DNA from: Vulcanimicrobiota bacterium
GTDB lineage: Bacteria > Vulcanimicrobiota > Vulcanimicrobiia > Vulcanimicrobiales > Vulcanimicrobiaceae
Reading direction: 5' to 3'
Assembly (NCBI GenBank): GCA_963786105.1
Contig: CAWAXX010000017.1
Span: 192,001 to 256,000 of the forward strand
DNA length: 64,000 nt
This document shows, piece by piece, positions 1-10,054 of the stretch. Both the position numbers and the translations under genes were made by a program. Each line of letters begins with the position of its first letter. The first letter of the stretch is position 1. The notes beneath the pieces were generated by a model. The model saw only the letters and a list, made by a program, of their open reading frames with translations, was not told the origin of the DNA and ran no database searches.

Positions 1-2234
1 ACGGGCCGATGTATAACTTCGGAATCGCCGACGTGATCTATCGGTCGCTCATCGCCGGCGGATATCAAAAGAAGAGCGGCGTGCCGGTGACGCTCCTTGG
101 GTATAGCGGCGGCGGACAGATGGCGTGCGGATCGGCGTCGTTTCTCAAGCACGCGCTCGACGCGCCGGTCGACGTGATTTCGCTCGGTGGAGTGATGAGT
201 GGTGACAACCCGATTCTCCAACTCGAGCATTTGTACCATTTGGTGGGTGAGAAAGATGCCGTCGAGCGCATCGGTCCGATCATGTTCGCATCGCGCTGGC
301 CGATTGCGCTGTTATCGTTTTGGAACCGTGCCAAGCGCCTCGGCTCGTTGACGTGCGTATCCCTCGGTCCGGTAGGACATCAGGTCCCGGGCGGAATGCT
401 GGATCCCGGCGCAAAGCTGCCCGATGGGCGCTCGAATCTAAGGCAGACGCTCGACTACGTCGAAAGCATCGTCGCCGATCGTTTCGTCGTGAAAAGCGAT
501 TTGATCAAACGCCCGAGCAACTATCAGCGCTACGTCGACGCGCCGGCCGTGAAGCTCGATGGAAGCGCGGTACGGGCCGGGTACCTTCCGGTCGCACCGT
601 GGGCCGGACGCCTAATTCTGCCGGCGCGCGAGGAGCGCTTCGGAGGCGTCTTCTTCGAGGTGAAGCTCGCGCCGGCGGCACACGCCCACTTGGTAGGCGC
701 CACGGTGCGCCTCTGCTGGAGCGACGATCCCGCCGTTCGCCGGCGCGTGCGCGCCGTCGTGCGCGACGTGAACTTCAGCGCGGAAGCACGGTCCGCGAGC
801 ATTTACGGCGGCTTGATCATGCCGGTGCGATTGAATCGTTGGCGGCTGGTCGATCCGCTCGAGTCGCTGGCGGGTTCGCATCCGATTGACGACGTCCTCG
901 TGAAACTCGCCGGCGACGTGAACGTTCGGGAAACGAGCCACGGCACCGCAAGTTTGTTCGTCGAGCGCGAACCGGTGCAGATTACCGGCCTGTACTACGG
1001 GCTGTACACGTTTCGCGGCCCCGCCCCCGATAGCAGCGATGGCTATACGGCCGTGCACTTCGATCGAAACGTTCGTGCGTTTTGCGGCGCCCAGGAAACC
1101 GTGCGCATGCCGCCGATCGTTCCGGACTTGGCCGGCGTGCCGAACTCCGTGACTGCCGGCATCGAGCGCTCGCCACTCAACGCCGACGGCTGGTACGCTT
1201 ATGGGGCGTTTGACGATAACGGCGCGTTCGTCGTTCAAGCGCTGGCTCCGCGCGCACTTCTGCGCGCGGATGGTGCCGCGAAGTCTTTAGGGCCGAGGCT
1301 GGCGGCGTACCGCTACGCGCGGCATGAGGCTTGGCGCGAGTTGATCGCGGCGAAGGGCGGCATCATCGCCGCACGGACGCATGCCTGGAAGAGCGGCGAC
1401 GTCGGCTTGGTCGTTCATACCTACGGCGGTATCGGCGGCGAGAAGCGCGAGAAAGCGGCGTCGGGACCAATCTACTTCGGCCACTTTGCGTACGGCGTCG
1501 CCAAAGTGCTCGACGATCCGCTCGCGGGCGAGCTGCGCTTCGAGATCACTTACCATCAGGTCTACACGCAGAATAGCGACGGATTGATCGCCGGCGCGTT
1601 GGATTGGTCGCGATACATGGGCGACCGGCAGTTCGGGTGGGCCGGCGTGCGCCCGGTTTGTGAAGCGATTCTGCAATTGGATGCGTTCGCCGGCGACTTC
1701 ACGCTCGATGGCGGTGAGCGCACGAACGCGTTCGATGCGCTGCAGCTCCAGCTCGAAGCGATGACGGCGCGCTACCGGATCGGCGACGGGACCGGCGGGA
1801 CTTTTGTCGGCGCGGCTAATAACTGCTCGCAAGACTCCAACCGTGCACTGTTCGCGACGCTGACGGCGCTGCAACGATACGTCGAAGATCATCCGTCGTT
1901 CGCGCAGTGGGTTGCGCGGTCGCCGGCGGAGTTCGCGCGTTACGGCGCGTTGATCGCGCTCGTAAAAGACCTTCGGAAAAAGCTGCAGCCCTTTGGCGCG
2001 CCACGGCGCGACTGGAGCGACAACGAGTATAATCTCGGGACCACCATCGAAGACGCGCCGATTGCGAACCTCATCACCGCAATGGGAAGCTGGCGCTGCA
2101 TCCTACCGCGCCTGGCGTTCGACACGATCGTGGGCACGTTCTTGCGGCACGGCGCATCGTTGACGATTCTCGGAACCGATCAGATTGGCGGGGAGCGCTC
2201 GGACATCGCGCCGGTTGTGCCGACAGCGTTCTAG
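1..2234 (+). CDS. Large 5'-truncated protein: alpha/beta-hydrolase-like segment plus C-terminal domain of unknown function (resembles cyanobacterial proteins annotated CAAX protease/abortive infection)
   Basis: ORF of 741+ aa open to window edge; GYSGGG nucleophile-elbow motif; C-terminal FGHFAYG and NNCSQD motifs. Confidence 0.6.
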   Translation, partial: GPMYNFGIADVIYRSLIAGGYQKKSGVPVTLLGYSGGGQMACGSASFLKHALDAPVDVISLGGVMSGDNPILQLEHLYHLVGEKDAVERIGPIMFASRWPIALLSFWNRAKRLGSLTCVSLGPVGHQVPGGMLDPGAKLPDGRSNLRQTLDYVESIVADRFVVKSDLIKRPSNYQRYVDAPAVKLDGSAVRAGYLPVAPWAGRLILPAREERFGGVFFEVKLAPAAHAHLVGATVRLCWSDDPAVRRRVRAVVRDVNFSAEARSASIYGGLIMPVRLNRWRLVDPLESLAGSHPIDDVLVKLAGDVNVRETSHGTASLFVEREPVQITGLYYGLYTFRGPAPDSSDGYTAVHFDRNVRAFCGAQETVRMPPIVPDLAGVPNSVTAGIERSPLNADGWYAYGAFDDNGAFVVQALAPRALLRADGAAKSLGPRLAAYRYARHEAWRELIAAKGGIIAARTHAWKSGDVGLVVHTYGGIGGEKREKAASGPIYFGHFAYGVAKVLDDPLAGELRFEITYHQVYTQNSDGLIAGALDWSRYMGDRQFGWAGVRPVCEAILQLDAFAGDFTLDGGERTNAFDALQLQLEAMTARYRIGDGTGGTFVGAANNCSQDSNRALFATLTALQRYVEDHPSFAQWVARSPAEFARYGALIALVKDLRKKLQPFGAPRRDWSDNEYNLGTTIEDAPIANLITAMGSWRCILPRLAFDTIVGTFLRHGASLTILGTDQIGGERSDIAPVVPTAF

Positions 2235-2295
2235 GAGCGGTCGTCGAACGCTCCGAGGGGAGGGGCGGAATCGAGCGACCTGGTACGAAGTACGG

Positions 2296-2685
2296 ATGGA
2301 CAAGAATCGTCACGAATTTCACAAAACCGACCTCGAGGAGCGGATCGGCGAGTTTCGAGAAGGCGTGATCGATGCGGATTCTACCGGCATGGTCGCCGAC
2401 GAAGAGCGCGTCGCCGAAGCGGAGATTTTGCGACCGCTTCTGTCCGAGCGGCCGGCGTTGCCGCACGTCGATCTCCACGCGGCGCTCCCCCAAGGTCATC
2501 CCGCGCACGCGACCATCGATAGGCTCCACGCCGAAATCGAGGGTTCCGAGCCCAGCCGCAACTCGATCGAATCGCACGTTACGGATCTGCGCTCGTTGCC
2601 CGAGCTCGAAGCCATCGTCGCGAACTGGTGGGATCACCCCAATACGCAACGCTTCGTCTGGAACCTCAGCCAAATCGGACTGTAG
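2296..2685 (+). CDS. Hypothetical protein with DUF4404-like C-terminus
   Basis: ATG 2296 (MDKNRHEF...); helical, ends ...NLSQIGL. Confidence 0.5.
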   Translation: MDKNRHEFHKTDLEERIGEFREGVIDADSTGMVADEERVAEAEILRPLLSERPALPHVDLHAALPQGHPAHATIDRLHAEIEGSEPSRNSIESHVTDLRSLPELEAIVANWWDHPNTQRFVWNLSQIGL

Positions 2686-2692
2686 CACCCCC

Positions 2693-3091
2693 CTAGGGCG
2701 CCGGGTTTGGATTGACCCACGCCGTGCCGTCGGCGTAAACGACCTTCGTGACGACGCAGCGGGCAGAGCTGAGCCCCAACGGTGAGGTGTCGGGAGGCAA
2801 CCCAAACACGTGGTTGATTTGCGTACCGCTTTCGAACTTCCCGACTTCCCGGACCGTCGCAATGAGACCGGTGTTGTCGACAATCGAGAAATCCACTTCG
2901 GTGGCCGCCGCCGGAGCGGCATTCTTATAGGCGATTCTCAACGGCGGCTTATCGAGCTGCGCGTGACAGGTCGTGATGGTAATGTTCGATCCGGGCGTCT
3001 GCGCAGGATCGGCCAACGCCGCCATCCCCGGCGCCGCCAGCGCCGCGATCGCGGCTAGGACTCGTCGCGTTCGGGATCTCCGATTCATCAT
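2693..3091 (-). CDS. Secreted small beta-rich hypothetical protein
   Basis: Signal peptide (RRVLAAIAALAAPGMAALA), two Cys, ends VYADGTAW. Confidence 0.65.
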   Translation of the reverse strand: MMNRRSRTRRVLAAIAALAAPGMAALADPAQTPGSNITITTCHAQLDKPPLRIAYKNAAPAAATEVDFSIVDNTGLIATVREVGKFESGTQINHVFGLPPDTSPLGLSSARCVVTKVVYADGTAWVNPNPAP

Positions 3092-3107
3092 GAAGGCCTT
3101 GTTCTAT

Positions 3108-4139
3108 TCATGGTCTCCGAGGCGCTCCTTCCGGTAGGAATTCGAATGGAAGGTTCGGATCGGCGGAAAGCGTCAACGGGTCGACGCCCGCGACCTCGCG
3201 CTGATAGTAGGCTGCGGCGGCGATCATGGCGGCGTTGTCGGTACAGTATTCGGGCGGCGGAATGAAGGCGTTGCTCGCGTTGCGATCGCTCCACGAGCGA
3301 AATGCGGCCTGAAGTGCCGAGTTTGCCGCAACGCCGCCGGACAAGACCACGGCACGATAGCGATCGGGTTGGTACGCCGCGCGCACGCGCGCCATCAATA
3401 CGTCCACGACCGCAGCTTGGAACGACGCCGCGACGTCCTCGCGTTTGGCCTCTCGACCCGCAGGCGATTCGAGGAAGTAACGCACGGCCGTCTTTAATCC
3501 CGAGAACGAGAGGTCGAGCGAATCGGTTGGGGGCCGGTGGCGCGGAAATGCATACGCACGCGGATCTCCTCCTCGTGCGAGCCGGTCGAGCTCCGGCCCG
3601 CCGGGATACGGCAAACCGAGCAATCGCGCGGTTTTATCGAACGCCTCACCGGCGGCGTCGTCGCGGGTGCGCCCGATGACGCGCATGTCGGTTGCGGACT
3701 CGACAGCGACGAGTTGCGTATGGCCGCCGGAGACAAGGAGCGCCAAGAACGGATACGGCGGCCGTTCGGGGCGGCCGAGAAACGGCGCGAAGATGTGTCC
3801 GTGAAGGTGATTGACGCCGTAAAGCGGTTTGCCGAGCGCGAACGCCAGGGCTTTCGCCGATGCCACACCGACAACGAGGCTACCGATCAGACCGGGACCG
3901 CGGGTCACCGCGATGCCGTCGACCCGCGAGAAATCCAGTCGCGCACGGCCGAGCGCATCCTCGACGGCGGCCGACAGCAGGGCGACGTGACGGCGGCTGG
4001 CGATCTCGGGAACGATGCCGCCATACTTCGCGTGGAAGGCGTCTTGGTTGGTCGAAACGCTTGCCAGCACGTCGTGCCCGTCGCGGACGAGCGCGGTCGC
4101 CGTGTCGTCGCACGAGGTCTCGATTCCCAGCAAAATCAT
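3108..4139 (-). CDS. tsaD: tRNA N6-adenosine threonylcarbamoyltransferase TsaD
   Basis: MILLGIETSCDDT, HLHGH, LLVSGGHT, DDAAGEAFDK, SFSGLKT, CTDNAAMIA; true start ATG 4139 within ORF 3108..4862. Confidence 0.97.
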   Translation of the reverse strand: MILLGIETSCDDTATALVRDGHDVLASVSTNQDAFHAKYGGIVPEIASRRHVALLSAAVEDALGRARLDFSRVDGIAVTRGPGLIGSLVVGVASAKALAFALGKPLYGVNHLHGHIFAPFLGRPERPPYPFLALLVSGGHTQLVAVESATDMRVIGRTRDDAAGEAFDKTARLLGLPYPGGPELDRLARGGDPRAYAFPRHRPPTDSLDLSFSGLKTAVRYFLESPAGREAKREDVAASFQAAVVDVLMARVRAAYQPDRYRAVVLSGGVAANSALQAAFRSWSDRNASNAFIPPPEYCTDNAAMIAAAAYYQREVAGVDPLTLSADPNLPFEFLPEGAPRRP

Positions 4140-4202
4140 GAAGCAAGCGGTTCGATGCCGGCGCGCCAGGAACCGGGTCGGGCCCGCGAAAAGCGTCGAG
4201 GC

Positions 4203-4847
4203 ATGCACGATGTAAACGAAACGATGCGGCTGCCCTCGCCGGCGCCGCGCCCACAGTCGATTGCATTCGACGGCGAAAAACTGTGGATGGGGTCGATCGA
4301 GACCTGCCGGCTCTACGCGATCGACCCGCATCATTGGACGGTCGGTGAAGAAGATCGCGCTCCCGGAAAACCGTGGGGGATGACCGTGGTCGGCGACGAG
4401 TTGCGGGTAATCTGCGGCGAAGGTGACGACGATTCGCGCATCATCCGCCGCTTTGTTCCCGGCCACGGCTTTAAGGACTCGGATGCGATCGGATGTCCGG
4501 ACGACACGGGATCGCAGTTGAGCTACGACGGCGTGCGGCTCTACGTCAGCCAATGGTACAACAAGAGGATTTTGGGCATCGACGAACGCGGCGGCGTGGT
4601 TCGAACTATCGACGTGCCGCGCGGAATCTGCGGACAGTGCTACTCCGACGGTGCGTTCTACGTGCTCACTACCGACGACGAGGACTCGACGGACTATTTT
4701 CTCGGCCGCGTCAGCGTCAACGGCGGAGAGACTGCATACGAGGATCTCGCCCGCTTGCCGTTTGCCGCGCGTGCGCTGGCGAGCGATGGAAGCCGGTTTT
4801 GGACCAATCACCGGGAGCACAACCAGATCGTCGCGTTTACGGTTTGA
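4203..4847 (+). CDS. Beta-propeller protein (glutaminyl cyclase/YncE-like)
   Basis: Repeated blade motifs (SIAFDGEKLW, GMTVVGDEL, LSYDGVRLY, LASDGSRFW); ATG 4203. Confidence 0.6.
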   Translation: MHDVNETMRLPSPAPRPQSIAFDGEKLWMGSIETCRLYAIDPHHWTVGEEDRAPGKPWGMTVVGDELRVICGEGDDDSRIIRRFVPGHGFKDSDAIGCPDDTGSQLSYDGVRLYVSQWYNKRILGIDERGGVVRTIDVPRGICGQCYSDGAFYVLTTDDEDSTDYFLGRVSVNGGETAYEDLARLPFAARALASDGSRFWTNHREHNQIVAFTV

Positions 4848-4894
4848 AGCCTGGGCCATCACAGCGGCGGCAACGCAAGCGCTATACTAGGCTT

Positions 4895-5917
4895 ATGAGT
4901 TTGCGGGAGCTTGCGGTAGGGGTGGCGGCGTTGCTGCTAGGCGCCGGCTCGAGCGACGTCGGCGCAACGCTGGAGGCGACGGCCGCATCCTACTATGCGA
5001 AGGCGCCCCAAATCGCGCACGTCACCGGGCGCGACACGACGATGGATTACTACCAGCGCCTGTTAGACGATATCGACCTCTTAAAAATGCCGGTTCCGAG
5101 TGATTACCCGCCCGAAGTCTGGCAGCGTTCCATCGACGGTATCACGCGTCTCGATCTCAGCCTCGCCGAGCAGCTCACGAACGGTTCGTATCAATCGATA
5201 GCGTCGATTCGCGGACTTGGCGAGACGCTCATCCGGGCTTCAAAAGATGGGACGATGCAGCCGGTTGCGCTGTACGTGCCGACCACCTACGTACCGGGCC
5301 GCGTAGCGCCGTTGATGGTATTTCTCCACGGGCATCCGCAGTCGGAGTCGTCGCTCATCGCTCCGCAGTTCATCGACGATTTGGCCGAGCGAACCGGCAC
5401 CATCATCGTCGCGCCCTACGGCCGCGGCTACTACGATTTCCAGGGCTCGGAGAGCGACGTCTATGACGCGCTCGCCGCCGCCGAACGAGCGTTTACGATC
5501 GATCCTCGCAAGCGCTACCTGGCGGGCTACTCGATGGGAGGATTCTCGGTTTACTTGATTGCGCCGATGCACCCGAGCGCGTGGTCGGCGGTGATGTCGA
5601 TCGCCGGCGCCCTGCTGGGTTCGCGCTCGCACCTCGTCACGGCAATGTTGCCGACGACGCCGTTCTACATCCTCACCGGTTCGCGCGACGACAGCATTCC
5701 CACGCAGTACCCGACGACGACCGCCGTTTTCTTGCGCAACGCCGGCATCCCCGTGACGTTCTACTCGGATCCAAACGCGACGCACCGCCTTTACACGCTG
5801 CGAACGATCCTCGAGCAAGCTTGGACCGACATGGAAGCCGGCACCGTTCGCACGCCCTGGTCGCTGACGGCCAGCGGGCCGCTTCTCGGAGCACCCCCGC
5901 CGTCATTAAAGACGTAA
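4895..5917 (+). CDS. Secreted alpha/beta hydrolase, PHB depolymerase/esterase-like
   Basis: Signal peptide; LMVFLHG, GYSMGG, GSRDD, late His (NATH). Confidence 0.75.
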   Translation: MSLRELAVGVAALLLGAGSSDVGATLEATAASYYAKAPQIAHVTGRDTTMDYYQRLLDDIDLLKMPVPSDYPPEVWQRSIDGITRLDLSLAEQLTNGSYQSIASIRGLGETLIRASKDGTMQPVALYVPTTYVPGRVAPLMVFLHGHPQSESSLIAPQFIDDLAERTGTIIVAPYGRGYYDFQGSESDVYDALAAAERAFTIDPRKRYLAGYSMGGFSVYLIAPMHPSAWSAVMSIAGALLGSRSHLVTAMLPTTPFYILTGSRDDSIPTQYPTTTAVFLRNAGIPVTFYSDPNATHRLYTLRTILEQAWTDMEAGTVRTPWSLTASGPLLGAPPPSLKT

Positions 5918-5939
5918 CGATAAGCAGCGCCGGCGGCGC

Positions 5940-7214
5940 TTACGACGATTCGAGGAAATCTCGATGACGGCGCTCGGGGCCAACCAAATACCCGAGCGCC
6001 GTCAGCACGAAGACGCTCGCCAACGCGATTACCGCGATAATAGCCATTGCTTTGGCGTAGTTAGCGCCGCCGCCCGGCAACGGGAACTTCAGCGCGAAGG
6101 CCGCCTCCATTTGGGCGGCGCCGGCGCTTATCGCATTGCCGAGCTGGTAGGTGAAGCCTGGAAACGTTCCGCGGGCGTCGGCGGGCGATAACTCGTTGAG
6201 ATGCGCGGGAATCACGCCCCAGGCCCCCTGCACCATGAATTGAATGGCGAAGGCCCCGACGCCCAACAGGACGGCGGTTTGGCCGAACGCCCAAAGCGGG
6301 ATCGTCGTCGCACCGAGCACGGCACAAATCAAGATGCACGCCCTCCGGCCCCAGTGCTGCGAGACCGCCCCGAAAGCGATGCCTCCGCCGATGGCGCCGA
6401 ACGCGGCGACCACCGACAGCGTAAAAACGGTCCCGGTTGAAAAGCCTCGCTGCTTTTGCAAAAACGTCGCGTAGAGATCTTGGGTACCGTGCGACATAAA
6501 GTTCAGTGCCGACATGAACAATATGACGTAAACGACCAGCGGCCAGTGGCGCGCCAGCGAGCGCAGGACGAAGAGCGGTGCCGTCGTCACGTGCTGCGTA
6601 CGCCGTGCCATCCAAGCCGGTGATTCCGGCACGTACGCGCGAATGTAGAAAATCACGAGCGCGGGCAGCACGCCGACCACGAACAGGATGCGCCAGTTCC
6701 ATTGCGAGAAGCCCAGCGCCGCGGCGAAATGAAAAACGAGAAAGTAGGCAGCCGCGGCAAGGAGGTAGCCGACCATGTAGCCTTCTTGCAGAATGCCGCT
6801 GAAGAGTCCGCGGCGGCGCGGCGGCAGCACTTCCATCGCCATGGCAGCTCCCAGCCCCCATTCGCCGCCCATCGCAATGCCGTACAGCGCGCGGAGTACG
6901 AGAAAAACCGTAAAGTTTGGCGAGAACGCCGTGAGCAGCTCCACGACGGAGTAGAACGCGATGTCGATCATCAGCGGCGTACGGCGCCCGTACCGGTCGG
7001 CGATCCATCCGAAAACGAACGCGCCAACCGGCCTACATAAGAGCGTCAAAGTGATGGCGCCGGTGACTTCGGCAATGCCGCGGTTGAAGTCGGCGGCGAT
7101 TCGGGTGACGACGAACGTCAGGAGAAAGAAATCGAACGCGTCGAGGGACCAGCCGAGAAAGCTGGCGACGAACGTTTTGCGAGCAGGCGAGCTAAGTTCG
7201 CTCCAGGCGCTCAT
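5940..7214 (-). CDS. MFS transporter (SHS/JEN1-NanT-like carboxylate transporter)
   Basis: GWSLDAFDF, GWIADRYGRR, GIAMGGEWG, SHGTQDLY; about 12 hydrophobic segments. Confidence 0.9.
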   Translation of the reverse strand: MSAWSELSSPARKTFVASFLGWSLDAFDFFLLTFVVTRIAADFNRGIAEVTGAITLTLLCRPVGAFVFGWIADRYGRRTPLMIDIAFYSVVELLTAFSPNFTVFLVLRALYGIAMGGEWGLGAAMAMEVLPPRRRGLFSGILQEGYMVGYLLAAAAYFLVFHFAAALGFSQWNWRILFVVGVLPALVIFYIRAYVPESPAWMARRTQHVTTAPLFVLRSLARHWPLVVYVILFMSALNFMSHGTQDLYATFLQKQRGFSTGTVFTLSVVAAFGAIGGGIAFGAVSQHWGRRACILICAVLGATTIPLWAFGQTAVLLGVGAFAIQFMVQGAWGVIPAHLNELSPADARGTFPGFTYQLGNAISAGAAQMEAAFALKFPLPGGGANYAKAMAIIAVIALASVFVLTALGYLVGPERRHRDFLESS

Positions 7215-7219
7215 CGGGC

Positions 7220-7295
7220 GTCCTTCGACTACGCCCCTTCGGGGCTCCGCTCGTCCTTCGACTACGGCGCTTCGCGCCTCCGCTCAGGATGACAC
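7220..7295. repeat. Two tandem copies of a REP-like mini-hairpin element
   Basis: GTCCTTCGACTAC-GCCCC-TTC-GGGGC-TCCGCTC followed by GTCCTTCGACTAC-GGCGC-TTC-GCGCC-TCCGCTCAGGATGACAC. Confidence 0.8.
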
Positions 7296-7299
7296 GGGG

Positions 7300-8208
7300 C
7301 TAGGGCGTCGGTGATGGACTCGTGGACGGCGACGACGAGGGCGCGGCGGAGCTGGCCGGTGATGGCGAGGGCGTCGGCGTCATTCCCGGCGGATACTGGA
7401 AGCCGTAAAGCGCAAGCAACCAAATTTGTCCGCGTTTGACGGTCACTCGAGGCGTCGCGAACGTGAACTGCACGGTGGTGTCGCCGACCGTCGCTTTCGT
7501 GTAGGTCGCGAGGTACTGGTCGGTCCGCTTTCCGCGTAAGGCGCTTTCGTTGTATAGCTGGATCGCGAAGGAGCGGGTGGCGACCTGTGCGCGCGGCATG
7601 GTGTATTGCACGGCGGCATTGCCGTTGAGCGAGAAGTCCGTGTCGCTCTGCAGGCGGATCGCGACCATCGGCGCGACGCGCATCGCACGAGGGTCGGGAT
7701 TGGTCATCGCCGGTACGTCCTTCGGGAGAGGTTCCATTTGCAGCGTAATGGTGCCAGGTGGCGTAGGCGCGGGGCTGCTCATGTCCGACGAGTCGTCGCC
7801 GCTATCGTCGGATCCGCTCGATGCACTCGGCGATGGCGACGGCGATGGCGTGGGCGATGGAGTGGGTTTCGGCGTCGATCCGGGCGAGCTAGACGGCCCC
7901 GGGGTCGGCATATTGAAACTCACCGTGCACGCGAACTGCTGTACGACGGGGCATTTGACGCCGTTCGGACCGTCGCCGACCGCGAACTGCGATTCGTTCG
8001 GCGCAAGCGTCGAGCCAGGCGCGGTCAACTCGGCTTGTCCGTTCGCGCCAATCGTGGGGCCTTGCATTGCGCCGGTTCCCATCGGACCCGGTTGAGAAAC
8101 CGGGGGTCCCATCATACCCCCCATACCGCCGCCGCTGTCGAGCCCACCTTGGCAGGCTCCCAACGCGAGCGCAATCGCGGCGAAAGCGACGCGAACGTCG
8201 AACTTCAT
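7300..8208 (-). CDS. Pro/Ser-rich lipoprotein, hypothetical
   Basis: Lipobox LGAC; PSPTPSP linkers; directly downstream of thrS. Confidence 0.75.
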   Translation of the reverse strand: MKFDVRVAFAAIALALGACQGGLDSGGGMGGMMGPPVSQPGPMGTGAMQGPTIGANGQAELTAPGSTLAPNESQFAVGDGPNGVKCPVVQQFACTVSFNMPTPGPSSSPGSTPKPTPSPTPSPSPSPSASSGSDDSGDDSSDMSSPAPTPPGTITLQMEPLPKDVPAMTNPDPRAMRVAPMVAIRLQSDTDFSLNGNAAVQYTMPRAQVATRSFAIQLYNESALRGKRTDQYLATYTKATVGDTTVQFTFATPRVTVKRGQIWLLALYGFQYPPGMTPTPSPSPASSAAPSSSPSTSPSPTP

Positions 8209-8213
8209 AAAAA

Positions 8214-9941
8214 TTATTTCTTGGCCTCAACGACGGATTGGAGTTCTTCCGCGAACGTGCCGATGGAAACGGTGCGTTTGTTCCCAACGCCTCGCTCGTT
8301 CACGTTCACCGTGCCCTCGGCGGCCTCTTGCTTTCCGACGACCAGAATGTACGGCACTTTCTGCGTTTTCCAGTGACGGATTTTGTAGCCGAGCTTTTCG
8401 TTGCTCCCGTCGACGTCGACGCGGTGGCCCATCCCGGCGAGACGAGCGGCCACTTGGCGCGCGTACGCTTCCTGGTTCTCCGAAATCGGCACGACGACCG
8501 CTTGCACCGGCGCCAGCCAGGCGGGGAAGGCACCGGCGAAATGCTCGATGGCGATACCGAAAAAGCGTTCTATCGATCCGGCCAGCGCCCGGTGGATCAT
8601 CACCGGGATGTGATCGTGCCCATCGCTTCCGCGATACTTCAACTCGAAACGAGCGGGGAGAATGAAATCGACCTGCACGGTGCCGAGCTGCCACTTTCGG
8701 CCGATCGCGTCGCGTACGTTGATGTCGAGTTTAGGTCCGTAAAATGCGCCGCCGCCGGGATCGACGCTGTGCGGCAGGCCGTAGCGTTCTAGCGCCTTAC
8801 GAATGGCGTCTTCGGCTAAGGGATCGGTTTGCGTACGCAGCCGATCCTCGCGCGTGGACAGGACGTACTCGAAATCGGTGAAGCCGAAGGCGTTCATCAG
8901 GCGCATCGCCTCGTCGAGCGTGAGCTCGAATTCACCCTGCAGTTGCTCGGGCGTGCAAAAGATGTGGGCGTCGTCCTGGGTGAAGCCGCGTACGCGCAGC
9001 AATCCATGCACGACGCCGGATCGCTCGTAGCGGTATACCGTGCCGAACTCGCTGTAGCGGAGCGGAAGCTCGCGGTAACTGTGCATCCGGCTACGATAAA
9101 TCAGGATGTGTCCGGGGCAGTTCATCGGCTTCAGACGGAAGCGTTGTTCCTCGACCTCGACCGGCCCGAACATGTTTTGCGCGAAGTTTTCCAGGTGGCC
9201 GGAAATCTCGTACAACTTCTCGCTGACGACGTGCGGCGTGACCACGGGTTGATACCCGCGATCGCGCAGCCCTTGGCGGATGAAATCCTCGATGAGCCCG
9301 CGCACGATGGCGCCCTTGGGATGCCAGAAAATTAGCCCAGCCCCAGCGTCCTCCTCGATCGAGTACAGATCGAGATCGGCGCCGAGTTTGCGGTGGTCGC
9401 GCTGGAGCGCCTCTTCGACCTGGGCGAGATACGCGTCGAGCTCGGCGCGGTCGTACCACGCCGTTCCGTAGATGCGTTGCAGCATCGGCCTGCGCTCGTC
9501 GCCGCGCCAATAGGCGCCGGCTACGCTCGTCAGCTTGAGCGCCCCAACCTCACCCGTAGAATCGGCATGACCGCCGCGGCACAGGTCGGTGAATTCGCCT
9601 ATGGTGTAGAGCGTTATCGGCTCGCCCTCCGGGATTTCGCTAGCGATCTCTACCTTATAGGGGTTGCCCCTGAAAATGCTGAGCGCTTCGGCGCGGGTGA
9701 CGGCCTGCCCGGTCATCGGGTAGTTGGCCTTCACGATTTCGGCCATCCGCGTCTCAAGGCGGGCGAGATCCTCGGTCGTGAACGGCTCGGCCCGGTCGAA
9801 ATCGTAGTAGAAACCGTTTTCGATCGCCGGGCCGATGGTCGGCTTGGCGTCGGGAAAGAGATCCTGCACGGCGTAGGCCAGCACGTGGGCGGCGGTGTGA
9901 CGCAGCTCGGGAAGGGGCGTTCTTACCTGGGGCTCGGACAT
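8214..9941 (-). CDS. thrS: Threonine--tRNA ligase (no N-terminal TGS domain)
   Basis: HTAAH, DLCRGGH, LKPMNCPGH, RVRGFTQDDAH, GAFYGPK, IHRA; 575 aa. Confidence 0.98.
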   Translation of the reverse strand: MSEPQVRTPLPELRHTAAHVLAYAVQDLFPDAKPTIGPAIENGFYYDFDRAEPFTTEDLARLETRMAEIVKANYPMTGQAVTRAEALSIFRGNPYKVEIASEIPEGEPITLYTIGEFTDLCRGGHADSTGEVGALKLTSVAGAYWRGDERRPMLQRIYGTAWYDRAELDAYLAQVEEALQRDHRKLGADLDLYSIEEDAGAGLIFWHPKGAIVRGLIEDFIRQGLRDRGYQPVVTPHVVSEKLYEISGHLENFAQNMFGPVEVEEQRFRLKPMNCPGHILIYRSRMHSYRELPLRYSEFGTVYRYERSGVVHGLLRVRGFTQDDAHIFCTPEQLQGEFELTLDEAMRLMNAFGFTDFEYVLSTREDRLRTQTDPLAEDAIRKALERYGLPHSVDPGGGAFYGPKLDINVRDAIGRKWQLGTVQVDFILPARFELKYRGSDGHDHIPVMIHRALAGSIERFFGIAIEHFAGAFPAWLAPVQAVVVPISENQEAYARQVAARLAGMGHRVDVDGSNEKLGYKIRHWKTQKVPYILVVGKQEAAEGTVNVNERGVGNKRTVSIGTFAEELQSVVEAKK

Positions 9942-10014
9942 AGAGCACGCGCTTTCGGCGGCGGCGTGGCCGGAAGCCTTTGAGCGGCTTCGGCGGCGCC
10001 GGGGAGGCGGGCAT

Positions 10015-10054
10015 CTTAAGCCCTTCCCTATATGCTCTTAATCTGTTCTTAGCA
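10015..10054 (+). promoter_or_regulatory. Putative Pho box upstream of pstS
   Basis: CTTA-type repeats at 11-bp period: 10015 CTTAAGC, 10026 CCCTATA (degenerate), 10037 CTTAATC, 10048 CTTAGCA. Confidence 0.6.

Noticed and set aside
3108..4862. 584-aa TsaD fusion protein suggested by the ORF track
   Set aside because: The upstream extension is the antisense of the divergent gene 4203-4847; the canonical TsaD N-terminus starts at 4139.
7220..7295. Mini CRISPR array
   Set aside because: Only two abutting units; the variable part is a self-complementary 13-mer rather than a spacer; no cas genes.
7300..7900. Tandem GGCGAT-type nucleotide repeats
   Set aside because: Explained by Pro/Ser/Thr linker coding in the lipoprotein.
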